Source: Chrysomallon squamiferum (lineage: Eukaryota > Animalia > Mollusca). From it: a DNA stretch of 64,000 nt. Under the pieces are notes generated by a model. That model was not told the DNA's origin. It saw only the letters and a program-made list of their open reading frames with translations, and searched no databases. The stretch is taken from the NCBI GenBank assembly GCA_012295275.1, contig CM022676.1, positions 3,038,001 through 3,102,000 of the forward strand. The letters are read 5' to 3'. The translations under genes were made by a program, and so were the position numbers. How positions within the stretch are numbered: the first letter of the stretch is position 1; every line of letters starts with the position of its first letter. Below are positions 1 to 14,617 of this stretch, one piece after another.

Positions 1-40
1 TTTTTTTTTTTTTTTTAATGATGCAAACTAATAGGAGTAG

Positions 41-220
41 TTTTGTGCTGTTTCCGCACTGTTGCTATTTTGAAGAAATGATGCAAACTAGATTTGGTTT
101 CACATATTCATGTAAATATATTTTGGAGATATGTAAAAGAAATTAGAATGCATATTCAGAATAGTCCCATAAAAATCGAGGTTTCTTCAAAATGGCAAAA
201 GTGCACAAACGGCAGCAAAA
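41..220. repeat. Imperfect inverted repeat (MITE-like remnant)
   Basis: 41-78 pairs with 182-220 (...GCTATTTTGAAGAAA / TTTCTTCAAAATGGC...). Confidence 0.5.
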
Positions 221-418
221 TATTCATAAAAAAAAGTAACTAAAAAATCATAAATATGGAACTGTTTGATTGACAACTTTGAACTGTTTAACACTGAAAC
301 CAGGAAAAAATAAAAATAAATAAATAAATAACAATAATAATAAAAATAAAAGAAAGATTTTCAATTACGATTGTGAGAAAACATTTTATTCCCCAAACAG
401 AAAATCACTTTTGGGTAC

Positions 419-504
<86 letters not shown>

Positions 505-685
505 CTTAATGAACTGATTTAACACTGTGGCGAAATCATTTTGAAGAGGGGCAAGGTGAAGGTCGAACATTTTATTTTAGGCATGCTACCAGTGTGGAAT
601 AAAGCGTGAAAAAAACACAATTTTTACATGGATTTTTTATTTTTTATTATTATTATTATTATTATTTTTTTAGTGCTAGTAACTC

Positions 686-731
<46 letters not shown>

Positions 732-1452
732 CTTGCAACGCTAAATGAAATAAATATTTAAAGGAATTGTTTACGATCGCAAATATATGTAATCGCACAG
801 GTGCTCACGGTATCGTGGTATGTACATGTTATCGGTTTAGTACGCGCAACATTTACCATACACGCATACATTTCTGCTCAGACAGCTATCCGAATGTTTT
901 CTGGTTGTTGACAATAAAATGATGCTATACATGGTCACATTGTTACTATAAATAGAACGCACGACCTCTAGAAAAGTACGGAATCTTTTAAGTGCCATGC
1001 TCGTATTTATTGACAATTGAAACAAGAAGGATAACTTTTAATATGTTCTATTGTTGGTTTCACTGAATAAATATTGATTATACAACTGTTGAATCTTACT
1101 AATACGATGAACAATTAAAAAGAAAATAATAATAATAACAGGATGTAGGTTTTCCCTAGAAATTTGGCAAGGCATGGTAGACATTTTGGGGGCATTCAGG
1201 GCACCTTTTTGCATTAAAGACAAAAAAAAAAAAAAAAAATTAGATTAGTGTTTTTGCTTTAATAAATGAATGACTAAATATATTATAGATATATTTATTG
1301 AATTATTAATACATTTTTTTTTTAATGTGTCTGACTTCTGTAAGGACTGAATAGTCTCTCAATCATATAAAACTGAATAAACCTTTTTTCACCTATCAAA
1401 CTTGTCAAATCAGCCAACACTCTTTTTCAGTATTATAAATTGGTTGCCAGAA

Positions 1453-1528
1453 ATGTATCACAAAGGTGTATCACATCAGTGGATGTTCACAGTTTTGTTT
1501 GTTCTGTTACTGAAATGGAAGGTTGAAG
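1453..1528 (+). CDS. Gene A exon 1: signal peptide MYHKGVSHQWMFTVLFVLLLKWKVE(G)
   Basis: ATG at 1453, hydrophobic core, phase-1 donor GTTAGT at 1529, in frame with the next exon. Confidence 0.75.
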
Positions 1529-2172
1529 GTTAGTTAAATGTATCAATATTGCTATATATGAAGTAAAACAAAACAAAAAACACAAACAGTATGAAAATAT
1601 GTGTTAGTAATCATCAACAGTATTTTTTTAATTTAAAATATAAATACCCTTCTTTCAAAGAACAACAGATGTACAGTTCCAGAAGTAGACCTATTTTAGG
1701 CCAAAACTTAAAAATAGGTGAATTTGTTTTAAAGAAAAGGACCATTATCTGATAAACCAATGAATCAAGCAAATCAAAAAGTAAAAATTAAATTTTTATT
1801 TGAAACACCAGAAAGTGAAGAAGTAAATAATGAAAATAAATATACTAAAAATACAACAGTTATGTATCTTTATAATTCCAGTATGATGGTAATGTCTACT
1901 AAGAATCAATGAATAATTTTATTTTTTGCATATTCTTTTACTTTTTCTCTTCTATTTTTTTTTTATTTTTTTTTTTTTTTTATTTTTTATTTTTTTATTT
2001 TATTATTAATATTTTTTGTTTTTTTTTTTTTTTTTTTTTTTTTGAATAAACAAACAGAACAAAACAAAAAGATCCCTTTAAATTGATTAACCAAATGCAT
2101 TTACCAACATCTTGTTGGAAATAGTTGAATGACAGTCAGTAAAATTATGTGGTTTTTAAAATATATTTTCAG

Positions 2173-2490
2173 GGGCAGCTGTTTTTGAAATCCCCGACTG
2201 TGTTTCAAACTGGTATCAAGGAATACCACTGACTTTGACATGTCTTCTGAAGAGTGGAACTCCAATACTAAAAGTTTCTTTTTTCATCGGAGATAAAGCA
2301 GTTGTGCAATGTAATGCAACTTTTTATGATTGTTTTCCTTATCAAATTGGACACACTGTGTTTGGAAATAGATCAACATTTATGACAGTGAAGATGGAGA
2401 ACTTTGATGGAGTTAAAGATACTGGTAATTGGACATGTTTAGATGGTTCAATTGTACCTTCAGTGACTGTGTGTCCTATTGGATTATCTG
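2173..2490 (+). CDS. Gene A exon 2: V-like Ig domain, 6-Cys class I
   Basis: TTTTCAG acceptor; 318 nt, phase 1-1; GTAATT donor; LTLTC...DTGNWTC (D-x-G-x-W-x-C) Ig motif; extra Cys in PDC, VQC, YDC, TVC. Confidence 0.88.
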
Positions 2491-4553
2491 GTAATTATAG
2501 TCCTATTCCATAATATACACTGAAAATTGCACATTTTAAAAATATTTCTATTATTATTAGAACATTTCTTCTTTTTTTTTTTTTTCTTCAAGAAATATTA
2601 ATGTGTGTCATAATTGAGCTTAATCTTTCACACATCAAACAAAAATGTTTTATCATTCTTATAATATGTACTGATCGTTCCTGGGACACAAAATGTAACT
2701 ATTTTTAGTTTAGCCATGAGCTTCAGTTATCATAAATGTTTTCTTAGTGACAAATACTGAGTTCTATTATGTTCTACAAAAACAGCATATAAATGCAGTT
2801 GTAATTAACTGGAAATTTAACACAATTTATTTACTTCTTTCTTTCTTATTTCACTTAATTATTATTATTATTACTATTGTTTTAGATAAATTTGTTTTCT
2901 TTTAAAATTCAGCAGTATTAGTATTATTACATACAACACTTTAGGACTTATTCTTAACATACATTTTTTATGGGCAATGTGTTTATGTTCTCAATATGAA
3001 TGAAAAACACTTGTTTAGTTTCAAAACTTAACAATAAGATGTCTGTAAGATTTAAACAGGTAAGTACTATAATTAGGTAGTCCAAAGTGATTTTCTGTTT
3101 CAGAATTATAAGGTTGACTCAGTTAAATACTAATACTAAGTCACATCTTATAAAACTAGTTCTCTCTGTTTGATATATTTACCTTCTCATAATCATTTTA
3201 ATGCTGATAATTACATCATTTTAATTAACAACAAACACCAAACATGTTTTCTTCCTGCTCCTGGCTCATTCATATCACTCACTTTAACAAACTTTTGCTA
3301 ATTTTTCCTGGAAAATAGTCCAAACCTTTGTGACAGTGTTCACTTATAATTCCAAGTTTTGTCTCCTGTTGAAAGGGTTCAGAGATGGAAATTGGCAAGG
3401 ACAGACTGGGATCAGTTTTGGCATTTTTGCAGCTCTACCCTGCAGCAGTCTGCCATCATTGATGGTAGTGTTCTTATGTCTTTGTTTATTTCCATCTTTC
3501 AACAAGAATAGCCTGGATAACTACTGCCTTCCTAGATATCACCATCAAGTACACACATGGGAACTGTACAATCATTATGAAGTTGAAAAGCCCATGAGAA
3601 ATAGAAACTGAAATACACGTATCTTTATAGTCATTTTGCTCTGTGAGAATAGGCTGGTGAAGGGAACTGTATCTTGCCCTGCATGTAAGCTCTGTTGTTT
3701 GATCTTCCCCTCCCAGTCAACTTGTTTGTGGTTTGAAATATTTTTTTGTAACATCGCTTTATGGAGGTCTTTTCATTCAAAATAAAATGTTGTTTGAATT
3801 GTAAAACATATGTTTATAATTATGAATTTTATTGCATTTTGAAGTATTGAGAGAAAATGTTGTCCACCAGTTGGGCTAAAGATTAATTTTTTTTTTTTTT
3901 GAGCCACTAAATTCAGATCTCAGTGTGGGATGAATTTGTAAAAAAACACACAAAAACCCCAGTGTCTGTGTGTTAAATGTTTTATAACAGTTAATGCTCC
4001 AAGAGGAAATTTAGGGTGTCAGTACATACAACAGATTTTGATTGTCAAACACAAAGAAAGTATATATGTGTTTTCTCCATTTAGCTCCATAAACATTTCT
4101 GGACAAAAGGCCAATTCCTGTTGTGGATGAAACCAAATTTCAAAACGGCAATTCTTCAACTTACAGATCTTAACTGGATTATGAATGTTCTGTGTATGGC
4201 TCAGCTTGCAAATGCAGGATCCTACAAAACATTTTTATTAATTAATTTTGAATTCCATTTTAATGTAATACTTATGTTTTGTACAGCTCTTTACACCATA
4301 TTTTATCAACTTTTGAAGTTTTTGTATTGATTTATTGTTTAATTATATATAAACTATTGTCACATCTTGGTCTGACAACCAAAGGCCTATCTGTTGTTCA
4401 TGTTGTTAACCATATATTCATTCATTCATTCATTCATTCATTCATTCATTTATTCATTCATTCACTAAAGACAAACAACAAAGATTAGAAATTAACATAA
4501 CAGACCTCTTCCTTTTATAATTTTATTTCTGCTAAAATTTATTTAATTATTTA

Positions 4554-4600
<47 letters not shown>

Positions 4601-4647
4601 TGTTTTATTTCATTTTTTTCACTGACTTTATATTTTTTGTATTACAG

Positions 4648-4766
4648 CAAAGTTTGAAATAAAACAGAATGAACTGACCTCATTAACTGCTGTACATCTT
4701 CCATTCAGTGTGTCTGTGACAGGTAACTGTACCTACCAGTTGCCTACCTGTACCTGGAAGTTCAAG
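4648..4766 (+). CDS. Gene A exon 3: N-half of split C-like Ig domain (AKFEIKQNELTSLTAVHLPFSVSVTGNCTYQLPTCTWKFK)
   Basis: TTACAG acceptor; 119 nt, phase 1-0; same length as and clearly homologous to exons 41298-41416 and 47461-47579. Confidence 0.88.
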
Positions 4767-5169
4767 GTGTGTATGAAATCTTTTTAAAGAGATGTGTTTA
4801 CTTTCTGAATGAATAGCATGCTTGATGTATTAGTACACAGTATGTGAAAATGTCATATTTAGGTTATGAACTATTGTCGATAAATATTACTTTTTATGTT
4901 TTCACCAGTAAAATGTAAGTTTTAGTCATTTCTAATTGGATTTGCCTACACAGGGTGTATTTTCACCCTCATCATCAGTTTTATGAGTTTTGCAGTTTTG
5001 GGGGATTCCAAGCCAGGGTGACAATATTCATGATCATGGTTTGGATACATTTTCATTCATGAACAAATTAAAGATGATACAGTTTCTGCCAAAATCTTTT
5101 TGTATGGGCATAGTAGATGCTGTTTGCACTGCAGTCAAAACAAGCTGAATGACTGGTGTTATTATTTTA

Positions 5170-5225
<56 letters not shown>

Positions 5226-5494
5226 CATTTTTATTATTATCATTATTATTTTCAGTCATTAAAATTCAGGATAGCTGTTGCTGAATTTTTGAGTTTGTTG
5301 TAAAGATAATTTATTCAGATGTAACTATATGCTGTAAAAAAAGACTGCAGATGATAAGCTAGCTTTTTATCTATGTCTTTCATCATAGGTCATCATTGTT
5401 AACTTCATTTTAGAACATATCTATGCCGATTTCAAACTGGATATATGTATATCCTCAGTCTGCATTTGTTAATGTATGATACATCTTCACTAGT

Positions 5495-5597
5495 TAAACC
5501 AGTAGGAGCTATTCAGTGTACTAGTTAAGCAAAGTGTCTCATTGGCAAGGACATCCTCCAGATTCCCAGGAGGGTCACCACTGCACTAGCTATGGTA
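5495..5597 (-). mobile_element. Degenerate SINE-like fragment
   Basis: Minus strand has an A-box-like TAGCTAGTGCAGTGGT and a CORE-like GTCCTTGCCAATGAGACACTT; no clear B box. Confidence 0.3.
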
Positions 5598-6206
5598 AAA
5601 TTCAAACCTTGGAATAGTAACAACGCATTATACTTTTGCTTATTTGCTATGGCAGAAGAAAGCATAGATATGAGGCAAAAACACTTGATCACTCAACAGA
5701 GCAGTGTCAAAAAATGTTGGCAGAAGTATCTGGGGTCCTCATAACACTGCCAGAAGCTCCATCTTGATTCTAGCTGTTTATATTTTATATTTTTTAAAGA
5801 AAATCGTTGTATACAAAAAAAAGAAGAAAGAAAAGTCATTAATTTTGATATGAGGTATTTGCCTTATTTGTTTCAATGTGGTTACAGCCATGACAGTGTT
5901 TTATAATGATAAAAATAAGCTTTGAAACCAAATGTTTAAATGCATAGTAGATAACCTGTATTAATATGGAAACATAAATGTAGTTATATGATTGTTTTAT
6001 AATAGTGTTTGGTGCCCAGTATATTTAGATAGATATAAGGACATCATGTTGTACTTTTTACTTATTATTTTAATTTTTTTCCTCTCTTTTTTTTTTTACA
6101 TTTTTCTTATATTTTTTTTTTTTTTTATTTTTATTTTTTATTTTTTTTATTTTACTTTGTATATGTCCTTAAATGTATTATTAATTATTTTTTTTTCCTC
6201 TTACAG

Positions 6207-6429
6207 GAAACCAATCAGACTGAAAAATGTTCCAGAAATTTTCATAAAGGTAACAAGTGACTGTGCTGTGTGTAACTCTGGAGATAAACAGTCAGCATGT
6301 ACTTTGTCGTTTGACGACGTACCACCTCAGTTTGCTCGTAAAAAGTTAAATTAATCCTGTTAATCGACCACCCTTCGTTAGGCGATGCTGGTCCACTGAG
6401 AACTGAAAGTCGCGAACTTACATTTCCAG
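6207..6429 (+). pseudogene. Gene A exon 4: C-half of split domain, disrupted by two frameshifts in A-runs (pseudogene or assembly error)
   Basis: Intact AG/GT sites; homology to 39943-40162 and 46912-47134 needs frame changes at A-runs 6223-6227 and 6340-6344; uncorrected frame hits TGA at 6258-6260. Confidence 0.75.
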
Positions 6430-6943
6430 GTAAATACAAACACATATCTTATCCAATTCAAAAAAGATTTTCATAATATCTGATTTGTCATCTTCTCATT
6501 ATCACTGATGTTCATAGCATTCTTTAATAGAAATGAGTATATTTTTATTTTCATTGTGTCAAGTTTAAAATTAAAAACATGACTCTTACCAGATTTTGAA
6601 GATTACTGGATCAATAAATTTGTTTTCGTTTGTGATGTGTATCTTAATTCCAAACTAAAAGTGGTATTTCTTTCAAATTCACTTTCAGTGAACAATTTGG
6701 AAAACAGTATTACTCCACAGTTAAATAACACAGAAGCTTTTTTATTTGTTCCAGCTGTTGGCAACATACAGTGAGCCCATTCATATTATTTTGGCTATGA
6801 GATATTTTATTGTGTAAGTTTTAGTATTTTTCTTTTAGATGTTAGTTTCTAAATATAATTTATTCACTATAGCAGAAAGGTAGGTCAGAGCAGATTATAC
6901 CTAATGATCCAGTTTTAGTTTTCTTTCTTTTTGTATATTTTAG

Positions 6944-6998
6944 ATGAAAAAAGTGGAAATGATTTTATATCATCTTCCATGTTTTATGTGATAATCAC
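6944..6998 (+). CDS. Gene A exon 5: start of GPI-type tail (DEKSGNDFISSSMFYVII)
   Basis: 55 nt, phase 1-2, TTTAG/GTAAGA; 55-nt paralogues in B, D and E. Confidence 0.8.
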
Positions 6999-7379
6999 GT
7001 AAGAAGTCTTATTATTAGTTCTTTTATTGTTGAATATAATATTAATTTGATCTACTTTTCTGTCAGTGTATCTATATATATACCCAAGTGTCCCTGGGTA
7101 TGTCTGTGGATTTCTGCGATTCTATGTAATTACTTTTCTTTCAGTCTTTCTTATTTCTAATTATTTCTATATGTATATATACACCTATGTATGTATGAGT
7201 GTATAAAGGTATGCCCACATCAGTTTATGTAAAACTATGTATCTAGGTATCTTCTATGCAACTATCTTTATATCTTTTTCTATAAAAGTCTGTCTTGTCT
7301 GTGCTTCGGTATATCTACCATATGCCACTGAATAATACTTTCATTATTTTCATTTGTTCTTTAATTTGTCATTCTTCAG

Positions 7380-7416
7380 GTTTATCAACACTTCAGTCAT
7401 CACTGGTTTCCTGTAA
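7380..7416 (+). CDS. Gene A exon 6: hydrophobic C-terminus TFINTSVITGFL*
   Basis: TTCTTCAG acceptor, phase 2, TAA at 7414-7416; no cytoplasmic tail. Confidence 0.78.
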
Positions 7417-8283
7417 TGTCTAAAAGAAACTGAGGACTGATGAGCCATTTTTGAGATTGTTTTTTTTTTTTTTTTTAATTCCTTTTACAAATTTCATCTG
7501 AGATGCACATACTGTTATAAACTAAGGGGTGATTACATTTTTAACACACTGACCTCAGTCAGGGCATTTTGTGCTGTTTACTCAGTCTCCATGGTTTCAG
7601 TTAGTTTCAAGAGTCCTAAACTAATGCAGAACTTACACAAACTGAACCCATCAAAACTGCCACTGAATTGTATTTTTCCCTTCAGCCTTTAGTTAGTTTG
7701 CACAACAGGTTTAGCAAGAGTACCAAAAATTAAGTCTGCCTGAGCTTATTTCTTTGTGGATAGGCTCAGTAAATGCCCATTAAACTCCTAAGTGGCTCAT
7801 CGAACCCCACAGAAAATGGCTCATTGGTCCCCAGCACCATTTTCATTATGTTATCCCAGTGTACCAGAAAACCACATGGATGATTGTCTAAAACTTGGTT
7901 TAGAAATCAAAAGAAATTACTAAAAAAAACACAAACCTTTACAGGATCTATGAAAAATGTATTATCTCTTCAATATTAAACTGTAATCAAAACACACACA
8001 CAAAAAATATATACTCGAGGTAGTGAAAAACCTAGTTTTTGACTGGTGTGTTACACCACAGTTAAATAACACACAAAGCTGTCTAAACAGTATGGGCCAC
8101 ATGTACAGCAGTTGCATTGATGGTGGAGAGACATCACTACTGTTCTGCAGTCAGGAGTTGTGGGATTGGCCCCAGTTTCCCCTACACACTCCTCACAGAC
8201 AAATACATCCTGAAATCTAAGACGTATCAAATACTGACAACAAACTACATTATATATGTTACTCTCTTTTGGGTTCTATACTC

Positions 8284-8323
<40 letters not shown>

Positions 8324-8600
8324 TAAAATTATATATTTTTTTAAATGTTTCTTTTATTAGACTAATTATTTGTTTCTAAATAAAGTATATTAGATATAAA
8401 TGTTTCTAGAACCTAGTGTCTAAGTAAATATAGTATGTTATTTACGATGAGATACCGTTATAATAATATTTTGCCAAATAACTATAGAATATAAACTGTT
8501 TTGGCAGTGATGGAAAGTTTGTTATTGAGATTATAATTATTAGTTACATAATATTTACGAGTTTCTTTTTATCGTTTGTAAGTAGATGATGAATGAGTAA

Positions 8601-8654
<54 letters not shown>

Positions 8655-9315
8655 TATTGGATAGAAAGATATAACAGGAATTGTTTAGCTTAAATGCTAG
8701 TACCTTTTCAATACATTTCACAGTATCTCAGAAAAGAAGACAATTTTTAAAGAGAAAAAAACCTTTAACATGAAATATATTTTACAACTTTTGTTAATTA
8801 GCATTGTTATAATTGTTAACACGTATAAATATTTATAAATTTACTGAAATTTATTGTTAAATGTGAAGTGATTTAATGTACTTTTTAATTATCGATATTT
8901 AAATAATTTGTCATTTCAACTGTGATGTTACCTCTTTTTCTCTCTCTCCCTCATTGTCTCTATCTCTCGTTTTTCCCCATTTTATTTTAACTGAATGTTT
9001 TCTGCATAATGGTGTATGTTCTTTTGAAAATGATATTAACTTTATGTAAATTTTGAAATGTTCATAACGTTATGATTATTGAAATTTTTGTTAAATGGGA
9101 AATGCTTAAATACAGATCATCCATACACATATAATGATTAATAGTTTCAGATTTTCATGTCTATGTTTACACTTTTAATTTTTTTCTATTATTTTATTTG
9201 ATTCTTTCTCTGTTTAATCATTTAATGCGTTACATTTCTTGATGTTTTGTACTGTTTTGAAAAATTATTAAAATGTTCAGTTTTCGTTATGTCCGTTTTG
9301 TTATTCTTGAAATAC

Positions 9316-9352
<37 letters not shown>

Positions 9353-9436
9353 GTCCTTGTTACAGTTTATTTCCTGTTATATTATTCACGTGTTTCAGTC
9401 TACCTTATAACTGCAGACAGTTATTTTAACTGATAT

Positions 9437-9471
<35 letters not shown>

Positions 9472-10513
9472 ATATTAGCCAAGACGAAACATTAAATGAA
9501 CACATTTTTAAATAAACAAATAAGGCTTTAGAACAGATTGTGCTTTCTCTGTTCATAAAAACCAGTGTTATTCTGACTAACATGCGAAACCTAAACACAT
9601 GAAGCAAACTAATTTAGCCTGTTATTTGGACTCGGTGTCAGTACTCCGGCATTTCTATTAACAACGTGAGTGTCACCTACATCCTCATGTTGCTTTATTT
9701 CCGTTATATTTTAAAATTATCAAACACTTCTGATGATAAATCATGGACAATTCCGACCTTTTCCTTGATTTTGTTAAATCCATTACATTATAAAATTAAT
9801 GTCATTAACTGTATATCACCATAGGTATATTTGGACGATAGTTACAACGATTTTACTGATATACACAGTTGTCAAAAATCAGACGGCCTTCTGTAAACAT
9901 CGGCGTCAAAAAGGAACACAGCTAACAATCTGAAACGTCCATCGTTTGATTTCAGACATTTCAGATATCGGAATAAATCAAATTAGTAGAAAACGATGGC
10001 GAAGAAGAAAATGCATAAGAATAAATATCTGATGAAACCCTGTTAAAAAAAAAAAAAAAAAAAAAAAAATTAAGACAGTAGAAATACAGCTCTCTAGCCT
10101 GTACATAGTTCTATAATTAAGAAAATGTTAAACTTGTTCTTACAGTATCCAGTTATGCATGTATAATATTCATAAACAGTCATCAATTTATAAAACTATA
10201 TTGGTGAAACTATTGTTTAATACTAACTGCTATATAAAGCGCTTTATTATCTAAATGAAACACATACAGTGTTAAAGATTTCGCAGATATTCTTTATATG
10301 TATCTCTTAAATACGGATAGGAACTGAGGAAACCTTGAATGACCTGGGACTCTGAGAAATAAAAGTTGTAAGTCTTTTAAAATTCACGTTAGTAAGATGT
10401 TGTGGTACTCTTATTGTTAATAAAACGCAGTTAAAAGAAAATGATTCCTAAAAGGTGACCATTCACCACCTAGACCAAAAATAAAATAAAACTGAAATAA
10501 TAAATAAAAATTC

Positions 10514-10583
<70 letters not shown>

Positions 10584-11105
10584 AAAGCAAACAACAATAA
10601 ATAAATAAATAAATAAAAATGAAATCCCAAAATTAAAATTAATTCAGCATCGCTGGAAATAGAATTAAAAAAATATATAAAATAGAAATAAAATAAAACA
10701 AAATAAAATAAAATAAATAAAATAAAAGAATGTCATATTTATGACATTAAACTGAAAAAAATAACAAAGTAATGTCAGTTTTATGCACTGAAACATTGGC
10801 ATATTTTCCTTAAAAGGCAAAATAACCACAAAATAAGCATGATTTCAGTTTTGTTGCATCAAAATAAAATTCTACATTAATTTACAGCTAATTTAATTAC
10901 ACACAGATGTCATAATAAACATTTAAAATACTGAAGTAGCATACAAATAAATACACAAACGACGTACGTAAAAGAGGTGATAATTGTTTACCAATCCATA
11001 TATACATATTAAGTATTTGCTGAAGCTAGAAATACTGTTGCCGCTCTACTTAATTATTCTCATAATATTTTACACAGATAAAGGTAAGTAATGATTCCGT
11101 GTCAG

Positions 11106-11408
11106 TGTGATAAAGGCACCAGGTTTGTATAACAACTGGATCAACTCCAGTAAAGCCAGGAATCATTACACAGGTGAACTGTTCAACTAACCATTGCCAT
11201 CCAGAAGCTGTAATCACATGGACTCTCAGTGGTTCAAAGATAACAGGCGACATTACCAGCGCCACTCAGACAATTACTGACTCTGGAGTTGTAACAACGA
11301 GCCATTTAAATAAAAAAATTAATACAGAAGATAACGGGAAAATTTTGGTTTGTTCAGCTACTAATGGTAAATACCATGTGTCATCTAAGATCACTCTTCG
11401 TGTCCAAG
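11106..11408 (+). pseudogene. Gene B Ig exon (C2/I-set-like: QVNCSTNHCHPEAVITW...DNGKILVCSATN), 5' end disrupted
   Basis: Canonical Cys/Trp/Cys Ig pattern and phase-1 donor at 11409; the in-phase acceptor (11105) is followed by TGA TAA; no signal or V exon found upstream. Confidence 0.65.
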
Positions 11409-12831
11409 GTTTGTTTCATTCACATTAGTATACACTGTTCGGGACGTGTGTGTCTCTGTGTATTAATGCACTATAAAATATTGACAATAAAAACAAGAAG
11501 AAGAAGAAGAAGAAGAATATTTTGTTACACAATAATACAAGACAATGAAAAAAATTATAATAAAAGGAAAAAAATCATTCATAACTTCGCAAAATGATAA
11601 CACCATAGTTTTTTTTATTTTTTATTATTATTATTATTATTTTGTATAATTAGAACATTTTGAAATAATCTTTAATAGTATAGGCTGAAGAGGGATCCTT
11701 GTATTTAAAGCGCATAAAATACAACTGAAATTACGAAATAGACCATTCGTAAGAACTGTGTTAATTTAAATGTAATTTCCTATACCATTTTGATATTTGA
11801 ATGCATAATGTTTACATTAAGATCATGATATGCATATATACTACTTGCTTTATCCTAAGTTCTTAACTGTATCCAAAACATCTGTAACCAATGTCTTTCA
11901 TATGAAGCTTATTATTTCGACCTGTATTTTTGTCTGATTCTTCTGGGTAGTTACATTCGGCGTTCTGTTATCAGTAAACTTTCCCCCACCCTGAATCTAA
12001 TTTATATAAGTTTACAATAAAAATTTAAAATTATTTATTTCTTGGATAGAAATGCTGTTACAATTATTAGTTTTACAGATTGGTGTCAGCCAAGTGAAAT
12101 ATTTATTATTTTATTTTTATCAGCTTATAAACATTTATAATATTTACATCTTCATGGCAGTTGTTATTTTATTATCTGGAAAGTTTCTAATTTTCTTTTT
12201 ATTTGTGCTAAACATCTTGAAGAACAGAACTGAGGCTGCTACCATGCAGCAGCTGTTCTTGGTTTCCACATCAGTTATACACAATCATTTACCTATTTAA
12301 TGTTGATACGGTCTGCATTCCCAGTAGAACATTAGTCATCTTCATTTTCAAACTAGGCTCTATCTGTAAAGATTCTTTCACAGTGTTTTTTAATTAAAAA
12401 TCAATTAAAATGCATTTCAGTTCAGTAAGATATGAGAAAAAATGAAAATATTGGTGACTACCAGTTAAATTATCATTTCCGAAACTGTCTGATGTGAGAC
12501 GTTTATGGGTCAGAAAAAAAGAAGTAAATAAGCTAATATGATAACTTTAAAAATGAAAATGAAAATGTTGTATAGAGGTAAAATAATTTCTCAAAGTCTG
12601 CTTGTCAAAAATTAAAATAAAATAAATAAATAGAAAAATGATACAGTCTAGTCTTTTGTGCACAGGATGATAAACTAACTGAGGTTTACAAGATTAATTG
12701 CATTTAAAGTCAGGGAAAATATTTGGGTTTTTTTTTTTTTTTTTTTTTTTTATGGCTCATGAGATATATTTTTTACTTTGTTTATGATGTGCTTTTGATG
12801 TGTTTTATATTTATATATATATATGTTTTAG

Positions 12832-12886
12832 ATGAAGTGAGCGGAAATGAGGTTATAACATCTTCCATGTTTTATCTGTCAATTAC
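12832..12886 (+). CDS. Gene B tail exon (DEVSGNEVITSSMFYLSI)
   Basis: 55-nt paralogue of 6944-6998 with intact AG/GTAAGT. Confidence 0.65.
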
Positions 12887-12956
12887 GTAAGTAATTTTGT
12901 AACTGTTTTCTGTTTTATTAGTTATTTTACTGTCGAATATAATGTTAATTCTCTCT

Positions 12957-13076
<120 letters not shown>

Positions 13077-13324
13077 TTATTACAAAAAAAAAAAATATTC
13101 TATGTTTCAGTATGTCATTCTGTATTTTTCTCTTTTCCTGTTCATCTACTTTTCTGTCAATCGGTCTTCCCATGTTTGAATGTATGTGATACTGTGTATC
13201 TATGTATATTCTATCTCTTTTCCTTTCTGTATGAATGTCTGTGTTGTTTGTTTTGTGATTCTATACATGACTGTGTATTGTAACTCTTCATTGATTTTTT
13301 CATTTTTATTTTATCTTTCTTCAG

Positions 13325-13361
13325 GTTTATCAACATTTTTCTGATCAATGGTTTCCTCTGA
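13325..13361 (+). CDS. Gene B terminal exon TFINIFLINGFL*
   Basis: Paralogue of 7380-7416, TGA at 13359-13361; downstream 13400-13660 resembles 8830-9320. Confidence 0.65.
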
Positions 13362-13738
13362 TTATACAGACGGACACAGATATTTTAATTTTTAACATTT
13401 AAATATTTATAAAAATACTGAAATTCAGTGTTAAGTGGGAAATGTTTTAATATATATAATCCTAGTGCATGCTCTAATTATCAATATTTCAACTATGATT
13501 TTACCTCTGTTTTCATATTATTATAACTGAATCATTTCTGTGTTTGATTTTCAAATTTGCTAGAAATTTCAATGGCCGGTATTCGTTGTAATAAAGTTAT
13601 TCAAAGTTTCTCATTTTGATGTGTTCATTCTCTTATTTTAGAAATTCATTTGAGATAGAGAGAGGTGATAATACTGTCTTTTTCATTCCGTCCTTAAATG
13701 ATAAATGATAGTTTAAAAATAATAAATAAATAAATGAA

Positions 13739-13774
<36 letters not shown>

Positions 13775-13962
13775 CATAATCATAATCATAATGATTATTT
13801 TTATTATTATTATTATTATTATTTTTTTTTATTATTATATGATTTTGTTACTTTGCTGAAGCAATTCTGTTAATCATTATTGTTTTTCTCTCTCTTTTTC
13901 TTTTCTTTTATCTTTCTTTAGATATCTTTCTATATATATTATTATTATTATTTTATTTTTTT

Positions 13963-14080
13963 TTATTGAAATAATGGCATTACTCGGGTGGCATCACACC
14001 GCCTACACAGCTTAAATTTCAGTCTGCAGTAAATCAAATTATATACATAATGCCAGCCGAGTAGTGCATCATTTCAATAA
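13963..14080. mobile_element. Small foldback/MITE-like element
   Basis: ~32-bp imperfect inverted repeats TTATTGAAATAATGGCATTACTCGGGTGGCAT / ATGCCAGCCGAGTAGTGCATCATTTCAATAA. Confidence 0.6.
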
Positions 14081-14514
14081 AAAAAATAATAATAATAATA
14101 ATAAAATAAAATAAAATCAACCAAAATAAATAAATCCAGTGCTCCGAGTGCGGTTGAACAAATTATACATTCATAATTATTACGACGAAAATAATAATTA
14201 TACTGTGTAGAATAAAGATTATATCAGTACCAGAAATCATATTTATTATCAGCAGATATAAGAACAGTTATATTCTATACAATTATTGCAAACATAACTT
14301 ACACCAAATATTATGACACCAAAACATCATACTTAATAAAATAGCATACTTACTTAGAAATTAGATTCTAGAAATATTTATATGCCATACACTTCATTAA
14401 GAAAGATACAACAGAAAATATGATCTAATAAAAAGAACACTTTAGATAGTTATGATACATTCATAAGTATAAAAACAAATAGCAAGAAATTCAGTAAATA
14501 ATAACAATAACAAC

Positions 14515-14546
<32 letters not shown>

Positions 14547-14583
14547 TAATAATAATAATAATAACAATAATAATAATAATAAC

Positions 14584-14617
<34 letters not shown>

